Of a stretch of DNA of 64,000 bases, positions 1 to 23,533 are shown piece after piece. The notes under the pieces were generated by a model, which saw nothing but the letters and a program-made list of their open reading frames with translations, was not told the origin of the DNA and did not search any database. The translations under genes were made by a program, and so were the position numbers. The first letter of the stretch is position 1. Every line of letters begins with the position of its first letter. The DNA is from Hormiphora californensis (taxonomy: Eukaryota > Animalia > Ctenophora), in contig CM035351.1 of assembly GCA_020137815.1 (NCBI GenBank), positions 3,658,001 through 3,722,000 of the forward strand, written 5' to 3'.

Positions 1-10653
<10,653 letters not shown>

Positions 10654-11048
10654 CAAATGAGAAAAGAAGAGAGATGAATCATGATATGAACTCGTTTCAA
10701 AAGTTAATCTCTATCACAAATACTATATCCCCTTTTATCTGTTAATCTTAATTTCATTTTCATTCAAAAAAAGAGAAGATTTGTCGTGTTTGTGTTTCCC
10801 ACCATAATTGGTAAACCGGCCTTTGTATGCGCCTCAGATTGGTACTGCGCACAGACGTTCCTCTATGCAAAGTGCATCGTTGTGGCATCACTCCCGCGCG
10901 CGTTATTCAAAATGAGAGAACGCGCTGTCGAAATCAGATTATGAGCGCGGCTCTTAATTTGCGCGTGCGCTATTTTTCGCGTTTCGGAAATATTTTCCGA
11001 CCTTTGGACGACGATTTTCCTTTAAATTTTTTCCCTCCAAAAGATTAT

Positions 11049-12746
11049 ATGATGATCAGACAGACTCCAGTGACCTGTACGGGTCACAGCAGGCCGGTGG
11101 TTGACTTGGCCTTCAGTGATATAACAGAAGATGGCTCCTACTATCTCATGAGCGCCAGTAAAGACGGGAAACCCCAGTTACGAGAGGGTGGCACAGGTCA
11201 GCATGATTCGTCTTTCGGCCCTTCTTGTAGTTTTGCTGCTATTTTATGACAATGTACTCATCAGATCACTCTAACAGGGAACTGTATATATATATTTTTG
11301 CACTGTGAGGCCCCCTCACTGAGGCGTGATAAAGTAGAAATTGACGTCGAAAACTCTCTTTAGGTGATTGGCTGGGTACATTCGAGGGTCACAAGGGTGC
11401 TATCTGGTCAGTAGACATCAGTTATAACGGAACGAGGGCAGCAACTGGTGCAGCAGATTTCACTGCAGGGTTCTGGAATGCAGATACGGGCACGTGTCTT
11501 GCCAGCCTAGAACACAAACACATTGTAAGTAATGGAATGTGGGGGGGATGTGTGGAAATGTGTGAAGTTGTTTATTCTAACTAAGACTTCAACAAATCAA
11601 TAAAATTAGCTGGTCTTCTCAGGTGAAATCAGTGTCAATAAGTCAAGATGCTAAACTGTTGATGACCGGAACTGCCAAGTCCCAAGTGCGGGTGTTCGAT
11701 ACACGGGAAACGAAGCAAGCTGCTGAGGTAATTTAGGAAATATTAGTACACTTCCGGTGATATGGTGGCCGCACTAGTGTCATCGAATCTGTTATTCTCT
11801 TGTTATGTTCTAGCCCTCCTTTACGGGGTTCGATGGAAGGGGGTCGAGTAAGGCAAATAATAATTGTAATCGCCTAGGAGTACACTGCACACAACGGCCA
11901 CGTGAAAAGAGCAAAGTTCCTGGCAAACAACAACTTCTTTGTATCAGTGGGTGATGATCAGAATCTGAAAATGTGGGACCGGAGAATGAACAAAGAATTG
12001 CGTGTTGTTCGAATGAGCCAAACTATTAACGGTAATACTTGTGATTCCATCCCTCTCTGCAGTCTAGTGGGGTGGGAATGCACGCTTCCTGATTCGCAGG
12101 CTTCGTTCTCCAAACTTTCTGATTCATCTGACACCACCCCCGCTCTTCCTCTCTAAATAATTCCTAACTCTTTCTCTTCCACGCAGGTATGCAACTGAAG
12201 GAGGATGTTGTAACGATTTCACACGGAAGTACGGTTGCGCTCTATGATATCACGACCTTTGATCTGCTCCGATCACACACTCTTCCATGCATTGTAAACA
12301 GTGCCTCTCTTCACTGCGATAAGGTAGGAAGTGGCTGTTTGTGTTTGATTTGTATATTGAGACAGGAAAAGATGAGGAGATAGGAGTCACTGCAATTGGA
12401 GTATATCTCCCAGAAACATAGGTAGTTGAAAACACACTCTACTGCAATTATTGTGGTACTAAAAAGTGAAACCCCCCTCATTCAGCAACACTACGTGTGT
12501 GGCGGCGATGATTTCAAGGTCTACAAGGTTGCCATAGAAACGGGGCAGATCATGGAGTCTTACAAGAAACACTTTGGATCAATCCACTGTGTCGCATACT
12601 CCCCAGATGGAGAGGTATACGCTACTGGAAGTGAGGACGGCACTATTAGATTGTGGCAGGATGTTGTAGGACACACGTATGGGCTGTGGCAACGCCCCGA
12701 GATGATCCCTTGTAGCCCTAATAACCACGAACTTCACGTGAACTAA
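11049..12746 (+). CDS. STRAP: Serine-threonine kinase receptor-associated protein (STRAP/UNRIP, WD40); multi-exon
   Basis: MMIRQTPVTCTGHSRPVVDLAFS, SASKDGKPQLREG, GDWLGTFEGHKGAIW, GGDDFKVYK, YSPDGEVYATGSEDGTIRLWQDVVGHTYGLW. Confidence 0.97.
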
Positions 12747-13110
12747 CAGTGTGCATATGTGTGGTGAATTCTTTGTAAGCTATTCTGTGTGTATATTGAT
12801 TTTTATATTTACCTCCTATTTTAGTAAAACGAGTTTTTGTCCCTTCCTGTGCCCACCTTGTTTCTGCAAACATCCCATCTTTCACTTTTCCACCACCCTG
12901 GTTTTCTGGTGCATGATCTGTTGCACAATGCACAGCTTGTCTTTCTCTCATTAGTGTGTGCCCCTCCCTTCTTATTCTCTTGGCATCTTCTTCCACTAAC
13001 TACAGTATGCCCATTAATGGTATAACACCTTCGCTGGTTCATTACTACGATTCACTATTACGCTACTTCTACCATTCTACCAACTTGTCATCGCCGTTCT
13101 CTGTTCCTTT

Positions 13111-13616
13111 CCCACCCAATATGTTCCTTCCCACCCAATCTAACCCAATTTGTTCCTTTCCCACCCAATATAACCCAATCTGTTCCATTCCACCCAATAT
13201 AACCCAATCTGTTCCTTCCTACCCAATCTAACCCAATTTGTTACTTCCCACCCAATCTAACCCAATTTGTTACTTCCCACCCAATCTAACCCAATTTGTT
13301 ACTTCCCACCCAATATAACCAAATTTGTTCCTTCCCACCCAATCTAACCCAATTTGTTACTTCCCACCCAATCTAATCCAATTTGTTACTTCCCACCCAA
13401 TCTAACCCAATTTGTTACTTCCCACCCAATCTAACCCAATTTGTTACTTCCCACCCAATCTAATCCAATTTGTTACTTCCCACCCAATCTAACCCAATTT
13501 GTTCCTTCCTACCCAATCTAACCCAATTTGTTCCTTCCCACCCAATCTAACCCAATTTGTTACTTTCCACTCAATCTAACCCAATTTGTTCCTTCCTACC
13601 CAATCTAACCCAATTT
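13111..13616. repeat. 29-bp minisatellite CCCACCCAATCTAACCCAATTTGTTACTT (about 17 copies)
   Basis: Tandem repeats read directly. Confidence 0.95.
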
Positions 13617-13635
13617 TTTGTTCCTTAGCAATAAC

Positions 13636-14169
13636 ATGGTGGAAATTGGCGGTGAGGACAAGTTGTTTGGGCAATCCTACAACCCAGTGGTTTTTATAAT
13701 TCCTGCTCTCGTTGTTCTCACCATGTTCGGTTAGTTTTTCATCTTTTTGCGGCCTGTTCAATTAGTTTGTTAGAAGACGTATATTATGATCGGTTAGTTT
13801 CACATGATTGTTGGTTTGTCGTTTATTTAATTTATAACAAAGAGAACTGATATGAGAGAAGTTGTCCTGTATATCTGGGTGCTGTAAGCGTATCTACATT
13901 TGACATGTTCCTCGTCTGGCAGCTCTCACACTGGGCGCTAAAAGTGCCGAATGGACAGACTTCGTAGCATGGCAAATCTACATAGATGCGTCTGTTTGAA
14001 TGTTGGGTGGCCCAAAACCCAATCTTATAACACTAATCGATACTGTGTTAGTAATTTAACTATCTAACGTTTATCTCTCTGCTTCACAGGATTTGTTGGA
14101 TACAAGTTGTACACCTCCCAAAACAACAAGCTCACCGGCAAAGACAAAAAGAAAAACAAGAAAAAGTAG
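13636..14169 (+). CDS. 57-aa single-pass membrane microprotein (exons 13636-13729, 14090-14169)
   Basis: A phase-1 GT-AG intron joins MVEIGGEDKLFGQSYNPVVFIIPALVVLTMFG to FVGYKLYTSQNNKLTGKDKKKNKKK*; the hydrophobic segment spans the junction; acceptor TTCCTTAG 7 nt before the ATG. Confidence 0.75.
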
Positions 14170-15212
14170 AGAGAATGAGAGACTTTTTATCTTTATCCCA
14201 CCTATACTATAATGATATGATCTGCATTGATAAGTTTTAACAATTTCACATTCACACAAACTGGGAAACTTCTGTGTTTTATTTCTACACCTTTTTGTAA
14301 TGATACAAAGACGAAGAAGAAGGCCATTGACGGGAAGCCTCACTGATCATTTAATTCTGCTTGATTGATATAAGTCCCATGAATCTCCTAGATTATGCAG
14401 CCGAATGTCTGTTTTGTTGCCTTAGTCATACACTGTTGTTTATTCCTTAACAGGCAGCCAGGCTTCACAAATTCTATACTCCCTCTATCATGTCTATGTC
14501 CTGTGTCATCAGATCAAGATACACACCAGGTCTGTCTCATTTCACAGACCTCTCCGTCTCATTCCTGAGCAGTGAGTATTGTTGTAGCGCGCGAGGTCCA
14601 CCGAACAGAGTTGGTCGCGCCAACCCTATTCTGCTGATGTGGCCATCAATAACAAATGACATCTGGTGACGGTACTGGGAGTGAGGGTGTGAGACTGTGA
14701 GTTGTTGAGTGAGGGTGTGGCACGGCTAAATATCAGGGAACACACGGCTTTTGGAGTGGAACGTGGAGAACGCGTTGGGATAATGTCAGTTACTAAGTAC
14801 TGCACAGGATTATGTTTCAGCAGTCCGAATGATCTGCGGGCACACATTCCACAATTCTATGATCCCGGTTACGAAACGTTTGGCAGCGCCGACCCCATTT
14901 TGTGAAGTAGGGTTTACTTGTCTGGCCATCGCCAATCTACAGCTTTTAGCACGAGGAAAGGAAAGGAGTCGATTCTAATCTGTCAGGTCATTAGGTCAAT
15001 GCTCTGACCGCGGTTCTCGTGCTCCGTGAGAATAGGGCCATGCCAATGCTCTGACAGATTCGAATAAGAAAAGAGTCGTGTTTTGCCATGTATTAAAACA
15101 GATAAATGGACGAGGGAAAGCACAATAAGTTACACATGTTAGAGACACTAAAACAGAAAAACAAAAAACGCTCAAAATATAACTGTTAAATATTCGATTC
15201 TATAGCTATTTC

Positions 15213-17331
15213 TCATAAATTCCCGGGCGGGTGACGGGACTTTCTCTTGCCCATACCCCGATAAAGTCCAAGTCTGTTAAGCACATGAGAGGGGCACTTT
15301 CTGAGTGGTACGGATACTTTCGAATTCTCGTTTGAACTCCAGCACATAATAGATCTGAGAGGGGAGGTTGAGGTTAGACTTGAAGTACTGACATGATAAA
15401 TGGACCGTGTGGGGTTCGATTGGGCCGGGCCATGGTTGAAAATCATATGACTGAAAACTGTCAAACAATGTTATGGCAAAGGAGGATGATTGGAGATGGG
15501 AGTAATTAAGTAATGCCAGGAACCAGGGGCAGGGACTAAGAACTAAACTATGATTAGATAATAAATCATGTTTCTGTACCTGTCAATTTTAGCTTGAAGG
15601 AGCCAAGTTTTGTTGCCCATCCTATCCACTAACTCTCCAGACACCTAAAATAAAACATGTTGTTGGAGAGGAGTAAAAGACTCGTATAGTAGGCTCAAAG
15701 TACGAAATAGTAAGTACTACTACTACTACTGTCAGTAGCTGGAAGTGGAAACTGATCAGTGTTAAAGTGCAGCTGGCAGCTTGTTTCGTGTTTATCCTTG
15801 AATTTGTGTAGCATAAGCAAATATTTAAAGATAAGCCCTTACCTCCGATGTCAATTCAATTGTTTTATTTGGGCAGTCTGCCAAGCGTTTTATCCGCCTT
15901 CTCAGAGACCGCATGGTCCGCTCTGGATATCTGCTATCGGGTAAAACTGAAAAGAGCCGCGCATTAGAAGTGCTGGCAATATCAAGATCTCTCACATTGG
16001 ACGTCGCGCGCTACACCCAACACCACCATATTTATAAGCATGGTCTCATAGAATAACGTGCAGAGGGACAAAGAGGGGGGTCTGGAGAGAGGAAGACACA
16101 CGACGATGTGATATAATATCTTGCCCCGTTCTCCCCCACTTGTTATATGCGAGTGTATGGAACTGATTATGCGCCACTCTCCATATGTGATCTTGGAGCA
16201 GAGGTGGTGGATTGCATCATAACTAAAAATGTCGCACTTTTCGATGAATGCTCCTTTCACACAAATAACTTCAATACAAATGGAACATACCATACCCCAA
16301 CTAAAATGGTACAAATGTTGTCAACATACCATCTCTAAAGTTGTCTCTAACAACAGTACTCCGAGACAAATCACGCTTGTTTCGAGCCATCCGCAGCAGC
16401 TTTGCTTTTTCCTCAAATGTGTGTTTGTGGCATCCACCCTGGGCTTTTCGTTCCTCCTCTGCATTCCGCTCCCTGGCTTTCTTTTCCCGAATGTGTTTTG
16501 AAATGTGGATCCTGCGAGCTGACTCATCTTTGAACCTATTGGGGTAATTTAGGAGATTTAAAAAGGGGGCAACTATAAAGAATATTGTATTGCTTCGATA
16601 TATGATAAACTTAGAAAGTTCCCCCCTCTCAATTTCCCTCCGTATAACAATATTCTCGAATTCTACAAACTACCACGGTTATTGCTGTATCACATTACAA
16701 ATGAGCTACAAATGAGCCAGGAATGTTTCCAAACACAACATGGGCGATAAAGCGTGAATTGTCTACAGCTGAACAAATAGCGTACTTCAGTTGTTGTTAG
16801 TTCAGTATAGTGAGGTTTAGTTGATCTGTTATAAGGGCCTTGATTGGGTTATGAACCTAAGGGCATTCATTCCCACTATAAACCTAATATAGCCTGAGGG
16901 CAGGGGCGCGGGCTCTGTATCCTAACAACATTATGAATCTTCTAGTGTAGGTATAGAGTAGGAGGTTTTCCAAAAACCTAGATTCTTGCTTTGGGTACAC
17001 GCGACATCGTGAGAGAGGACAGCGCAGGAGTCCTGCGGCAGGACTCAGGAAGGGGAGAAATGAGGGGATATCATGCCCTAGATTTTTTTCTGGCCTGTCT
17101 TGGTTCGAGTAAATGAGAGTGAGGTGGAGTATGTGTGCTAGGACATAAGTTTGTGCTGATCTATCTCTCGCTGAGAGAGGGAGAAGAGAGGAGAGAGAGA
17201 GAGAGGAGAGAGAGAGAGAAGAGAGAGAGAGGAGAGAGAGAGAGAGACGGAGGAGACGAGAGAGAGAGAGAGGAGAGAGGAGAGAGAGAGAGAAGAGATA
17301 GAGAGAGAGAGAGAGAGGAGAGAGACGAGAG

Positions 17332-17388
<57 letters not shown>

Positions 17389-17500
17389 GAGAGAGAGAGA
17401 AGAGGAGAGAGAGAGAGGAGAGAGAGAAGAGAGAGAGAGGAGAGAGGAGAGAGCGAGGAGAGCGAGAGAGAGATAGAGGAGAGAGCGAGCTCTCTCTCTC

Positions 17501-17594
<94 letters not shown>

Positions 17595-19213
17595 CTCTCT
17601 TTCTCTCTCTGTACAGCATATGCAATGAGCTACATAGAACAGCCACTAGTTTCCTACTGCTACATACTCTTTCTCTCATGTATGCACATTATTCTCCATC
17701 TCTCTCTCTCTCAACCACAACAATGTGATTCTGGCCATTCAGCTTGTTTCCCCCTCACCGCCCCCTCTCTCATCTTTGAAATTCTCATTTCTGACATGTT
17801 ATTCTTACCATTCTCCACATCCCTCCCAGAAACATGGACAAGTTTTAGCCTTCGTGTGGATTAGGATATGCCTCCGAAATAGGTCCTTTCCCCGGAAAAA
17901 CTTGCCAAATAAAGTACATCCGACCCACTCGCATAGCATGTCGCTCCTGTAAATGAGAGAGGAGTGTAATAAAGGAGAGGCAAGATAATTTAGGGGACAC
18001 AGCGGGCTGGGCATCAAGAGGAAAGGGTAATTTCCTTTTGAGCCTCATTATACACACACATGTTGACACACGCATATAATAATTGGTACACTCAAAATAT
18101 GGACCCACTGGACCCGAAACATAAAACTGATGTAATGCAGAGCGGGATACTTCACAATTTGGCATCAATAATCAGCGTTAACTGTTAATTAAGAACACTG
18201 AATGATTATAGATGGAGTGAAACAAATAATGAAATTATACAAGTCTGATCACCTGTCACCATTACACGTCGTGTAATGGTGACAGGTGACACGTCGTGTA
18301 CTGTTCATGTTGTGTTAACACGTGTACTGTTCATGAACTCAATCTCCGATTTTTGCTTGCATATGCTCATGTACTCACGTCTCACCCTGCTCACGTGTAC
18401 AGCTACTCACCCTGTATTATGTTTTGTTAGCACATGTTCATGTAGTGATTCCCGGGTATCGCACTTTACACAACATTCCAACCATTTACACGAGTGCAAC
18501 CGCAGATCAGCAGGTGTAACTTTGAGCGTCATCACCTGTAATTAGACAAATAATTAGCTAATTAACGGGGGGGGGGGTGGCACTAATTACCCTTAATTAG
18601 GTACACTCACAGATTTCACTTTCGGTATGAGAGGTGTAATGTTGAGGGGTGCCGCATCGTCACTTATACTCGGCGTAGGTGGCAGAGAATATTTCTGGGA
18701 TTCAGAGGAATCTGAATAAAATTACAGGGGCGTCAGTTAGTAATGAGGTAGAGAGAGGGGGATAAAATGATAGAGATAGAAGGAGAGAGGAGGAGGATGT
18801 AATATAAAGATAGAAATCAAGAGAGAAGCTATAATCCCAGAGCATCAATTATATTCCCAAATATGGAAATATACCTGATTCATCGCTGTAAGATGCTGCT
18901 GTTGCCCCCCGCTACCGATCCATTCTCAGGACTGGGTGTCAGAACAGCGCTCCCCCGAAATATCTGGCGTACTTTTTGTAGTGATAACGGTCTGAGAAGG
19001 GTTCGGATTAGGCCATTACCAGAGCATACATATTTGCTGAATTAGAAGTTGTTTTTCTTACTTTGCTTTGCTTTGTTTTTCTTGTCAAAGCAGGATTTAC
19101 TTTGCCTTGTTCGACCCTCAAAATGGGTTTGAACAAAACAAGATTTACTTACCCGAGGGAAAAGGAAGGTGGTTGTACAATCTTTGGAAGGAGAGGGCCA
19201 TCATTTTCACACA
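15213..19213 (-). CDS. AEBP2: AEBP2/jing-like C2H2 zinc-finger protein (PRC2 cofactor). Confident exons 18711-18611, 18535-18411, 17946-17809, 16535-16330, 15946-15843, 15644-15580, 15450-15213; 5' exons near 18875-19213 uncertain
   Basis: Phase-consistent splicing gives three fingers (CKWLEC..LHEHVLTKH, CEWVGC..FRRHILIH, CFWEGCGEWF..RIHISKH), a K/R-rich segment (RMARNKRDLSR) and a C-terminus (KTWLLQ...WSSNENSKVSVPLRKCP..LYRGMGKRKSR) that parallels AEBP2 layout. Confidence 0.75.
17172..17609. repeat. (GA)n tract directly followed by a (CT)n tract
   Basis: Purine tract to about 17490, then pyrimidine tract; self-complementary; in an AEBP2-like intron. Confidence 0.9.
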
Positions 19214-20639
19214 TCCTAATTGATTATAATTAATTAGTTTAATTAATGATCATTTTGCTTGTTTACACATTTAAGTTTCTCTCTGCAAATATAATATCTA
19301 AGAGTGCGTTACCACAAAATTGCATCAACATTCAATAAAGCCTCTTGTATAACAGTAGCCTGTAGCATCAATAATCGCGTAAATAGTCAATAAATCTGTA
19401 GGAATTCTATGGAAAATCTGTGGGAAATCTTAACTAATGATAATAGCAAGACACAGTCGTTTAGTGTGAAAATAATTCAAAGATTATCCACTGAATCCCC
19501 CCTAAATAATGTTAATAATTTCTTAGTTGTGGGATTTTGTTTCAGTTCCTTGGGATTGGTCTGGCAACATGATTTATGTTCTCAACTTACAAAACTATTC
19601 TTTCAGGGTTTTTACAAAAAAAAATATCCGGATGCTCCTTGATGGCTAACTAAAACTTAAATGAAAATAGACCTAACACACACACACACACACCATCTGT
19701 GGGCTCATATGGCCGTCAGTGCATGTGCAGATATGCACCAAGGAGTACCCAGATAATTTTTAAGAAAAGAGCTGTTTTAATTCTCTCTAACTTAAATGCG
19801 TAGACTCATCTTTTGAGGTTAGAAAGTACCTGCCAAGATCTTTCTTACTCCCAAAGATGGCAGATGGAGTCTCTATCTTATCAGGGGATGGAGCCGTGAT
19901 CGCTTGAGTCGCTTGACACTGTTTCCGTTTAGAATAAAAAGAAAGTATGAAGAATTCAAGTGATAGCAGGGAAACGGGTAATGTAAGCGAGGGCCCTCGC
20001 TTGCATTTTCCCTCGAGAGCTATTACAATTTTCGTGTGGGTAAGCTTACATCTCTTCAGCAGTTGAGCCATTCCTGATGCCGAGAGACTGCAATATAGCA
20101 CCGCACAAGGGATTTCTAAAGTGGGTTTGCACTCTTATCTGGCATATCAGAAATGGGTATACAGTTGTTTCAATGCTACAGTTCCAACGATTTTACCCTC
20201 TATTCCACCAGAACAATTTTCAATGCAACATGTCCCCTGGACACTCCGCAATAACGAGGCTCCGACGAAGCTCTTTGTGATATTGCTGCGTGTAAAGGAA
20301 AGACTGGAGATCTAAGTTACTATCCTTAAACAACACGGGACATTTGTAGATTGCACAGTAATCCGTGTTGGGGGGGGGGGGGGGTTACGAAGCGAAATGT
20401 GAGAAGACCGTCCGTAACTGTGTCCTGTGATGGTGTTTGTGATGAGTTTACATGTGACGACGAGATTCGTTACGACACTGGACATTATATTTACGGCTAC
20501 AAATGTTCTAGTAACATGTATGTGCGGGCGTATTTATCAATATCATTTCAAGTTTACAGGTTTACTATAAAAGTTTTAGTGTACACAACAGGCCTTCCCT
20601 TGGTGGGTCCATCTAAATAAATTAAACACGTATCACCTC

Positions 20640-20966
20640 TCAGCCACAGGTCACTCTCAAACAGGAAATATCTTTGGGAAGTGATGGATAGCCTTTGACA
20701 GGGGGACGGTCATAAAAGCCTATCAAGTAATCGCCCAGGGATGATTTGAATTGACCTAAGCTTCCACAAGAGTTAATGGCCGCTGGCAACCGATTCCATA
20801 GGCGAGCAGCTCTCAATCCGAAGGGAAAATGGAACTGATTCGCTCTCCAGGCCTCAGCCCAATAGGTAAACACTGGTGGGACTAATCTCATGCCCAGCCT
20901 AGCTCTGTGTTGAAACACAAGGTCTCCGGAATAAGGAATTCGGAACAAACCCAAAAAGGATAACAT
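20640..20966 (-). mobile_element. Decayed CR1-type LINE ORF2 C-terminal fragment
   Basis: FGLRAARLWNRLPAAINSCGSLGQFKSSLGDYL..YDRPPVKGY resembles CR1 ORF2 ends. Confidence 0.7.
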
Positions 20967-21945
20967 CGGCTAATGACACTATCGTAGAACAAAAGTCAAA
21001 CGGTAAATTAGCTGCCAAAGTAGGCTCAACTTGGCTGGTTATCGGCTCTTAGCCATTCAAGATTACTGCATGCATAAAACAAATTTTGCAAGTAAAAATT
21101 TCAGAAATTGCATCTGTCTTTAAAATCCAATTTTAAATCATGTGGCTTGGTGGCTGGTGCCGTGCAGCTGCAGATTAATGCACAGAAATTACGGCAAATG
21201 CTGCTGAACCTATTGTGTTGGATAAGGTAGCGCTTTTCAAACGGAACCTGTGACCGGTGATTGGCATACGTTGCAGGCCCCTTATAATATAATATAAGGG
21301 GCCTGGAGGGAATACCGCGCTAGGGGGGAATACATAATCAATCATATCTCCGGTTCCAGATATGGTACAGAAATCGTTTTGGTAGCGTTGGAAAGAGGAA
21401 GATAATAGCTTTCAAATGCAACCGGTTTCAGGTTTCTATCTTATCAGGAACAGGAGATATGAACCAAACTCCGCAAAATCGAGTGCGGTAAAATAAAAAA
21501 ATTCGAGATTTTAATTCAAATTTGAAACAAAGTGTCCCTGCAGGGACCTGTGACGTCACTTTTTGAAAACAACCAATCTTTGAACGGCTATTGCTCAGCC
21601 TCCTCAAGTCCAATTAACTTCTCTCAAAAACAGCAAGGTAGATAATTGTCAGATCTAACAGCTAGTGAAAGAATCAAGCAAAACGGACTACAGGGGCCAA
21701 AGTTATAAGCACCGCCGTTTTTTCGACCGCAAAGTTATTTTCGACCCAGCCAGGCTCAGGCCAAACGCGCGCGCGGCATTCCCTCCAGTCCCCTCGTTGC
21801 GGGGGTGCGCGCATGAGGGGGCTGCAGCGCATTCCAAGACCGGTGACGGAAGATTTTTCTGAAAAATGTTTCTGATTTTTTGGATTTGAGTTGGCATGCG
21901 CTGCAGACCCGAAGTGCGCGCGTTTTCCACGGCTTCTAGGGCCTG

Positions 21946-22100
21946 TAAAGTCCATTTTTATTCAACTGTTCACCCCTCAACTCATGCGCGTGCGATATTT
22001 TAATTTACGCTGCGCGCGCTACACGTTAACATGTGATAAACGCGCAAAACAATTCCGCGCACGACTTTGGGGGTGAACAGTTGAAAAAAAATGGACTTTA
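21946..22100. mobile_element. About 150-bp MITE (sibling of 22881-23029)
   Basis: About 30-bp TIRs TAAAGTCCATTTTTATTCAACTGTTCACCCC; shared core ACACGTTAACAT..CGCGCAAAA..ATTCCGCGCACGA. Confidence 0.7.
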
Positions 22101-22880
22101 GCATAGGCCAAGGATTTGAGTGTGATTTTCATTTTGATAAATTTAGTTTTTTAGACAATGCGCTGCATTACCCAAATACGCGTTGCATGCGCGTTTTAAC
22201 ACGCCCGCGCCCGACATTTTTAAAATGCGCCCGCCCGACATTTTTCACATTTTTTGTCCGGGCGTTTGACGTTTCTGAACTTTTGTATAAAGACTAGCAA
22301 TTTTGGGGGGGGGGTTTCCGGTGGTCCTGGAAGAAAAACGGAAAAGGGGACTGTCCTGGGGTTGTTTTTTGCCCCCCCCCCTTTTTCCCCCGTTGCCCCC
22401 CCCAAATTTTTTTTTTTTTTTAAAAAAAAATTTTAGGAATTTCCCCCAAAGCTGGAAAACAAAATTTTCACCCCAAAAAATTTTCGATTTTGGTTTTCCG
22501 GGGGGGCCCCAAAAGTTTTTTTTTTTCCTTTATCGGAAATTGTATCCGATTTTAAATCATGTGGCCTGGTGGCTGGTGCCGTGCAGCTGCAAATTAATGC
22601 ACAGGACTTATGGCAAAAGCTGCTGACGCTATCGTGTGGGATAAGGCAGCGCTTTTCAAACGGACCTGTGACGGAAGATTTTTCTGAAAAATGTTTCTGA
22701 ATTTTTGGATTTGAGTGATGATTTTCATTTTGATAAATTTTTTAGACAATGCGCTGCATTACCCAAATGCGCGTTGCATGCGCGTTTTAATACAGAGCGC
22801 CGCGCGAGCGTCCGGCCGCGGCATTTTTAAAATGCGCCCGACATTTTTCACATTTTCGTTCGGACTTCGGACGTTTTTAA

Positions 22881-23029
22881 AGTCGGATTTTTTGAAGTTG
22901 TCACCCCAAAATGACCGCGCATGTGAAATTTATTAATTTTCACGCGCACACCACACGTTAACATATGATGTGACGCGCAAAAACATTCCGCGCACGAGAA
23001 GGGGGGTGACAACTTCAAAAAATCCGACT
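22881..23029. mobile_element. About 150-bp MITE with TTAA TSD and AG terminus (Kolobok-like)
   Basis: TTAA|AGTCGGATTTTTTGAAGTTGTCACCCC...GGGGTGACAACTTCAAAAAATCCGACT|TTAA. Confidence 0.8.
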
Positions 23030-23068
23030 TTAATTTTATTTTTTATATCTATTCATGTAAATAATATA

Positions 23069-23360
23069 GGGATCCCTAAAAAAGTTCAGTATTTACACAG
23101 CGTTTACACAGTCTTTACACAGTCGTTACACCCAGAGCGCCCGCGCCGCTCTGGGTGTAAAGACTGCGTCTTTCGCAGTCGATTTGCAGCGTTTTCGGAA
23201 ACTTTTTTCGCCGCAGCGCTCAATTTACTCAATTGTGCAGCACACAATCCAATATTTTCTTAGAAAAAGCCGCAAAACGCAGCACGCGCCGCTCTGGGTG
23301 TAACGACTGTGTAAAGACTGTGTAAACTCTGTGTAAATACTGAACTTTTTTAGGGATCCC
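23069..23360. mobile_element. MITE with about 70-bp TIRs, TA-flanked
   Basis: TA|GGGATCCCTAAAAAAGTTCAGTATTTACACAG...CTGAACTTTTTTAGGGATCCC|TA. Confidence 0.85.
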
Positions 23361-23533
23361 TATTGTACTGACATATTTTCAAAAAATTTTTATAAAAAAA
23401 AAAAAAAAAAACTTCGGACGTTTTAAAAACGTCGCTTTTGCGCATTCGGCATTTGTGTAAAGAACAACGACTAGCAATGCCCGTTCCGTGGTCTTGGAAG
23501 AGCGAGAGGGAGTTCTTTGAACTGCTCATGTTA

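Noticed and set aside
13111-13616. CRISPR-like array (also 50880-51490)
   Set aside because: Head-to-tail repeats without unique spacers, no cas genes, eukaryotic context.
17135-17864. RE/SL-repeat ORFs (also near 2618, 29739-30335, 51904-52360)
   Set aside because: Translations of GA/CT microsatellites.
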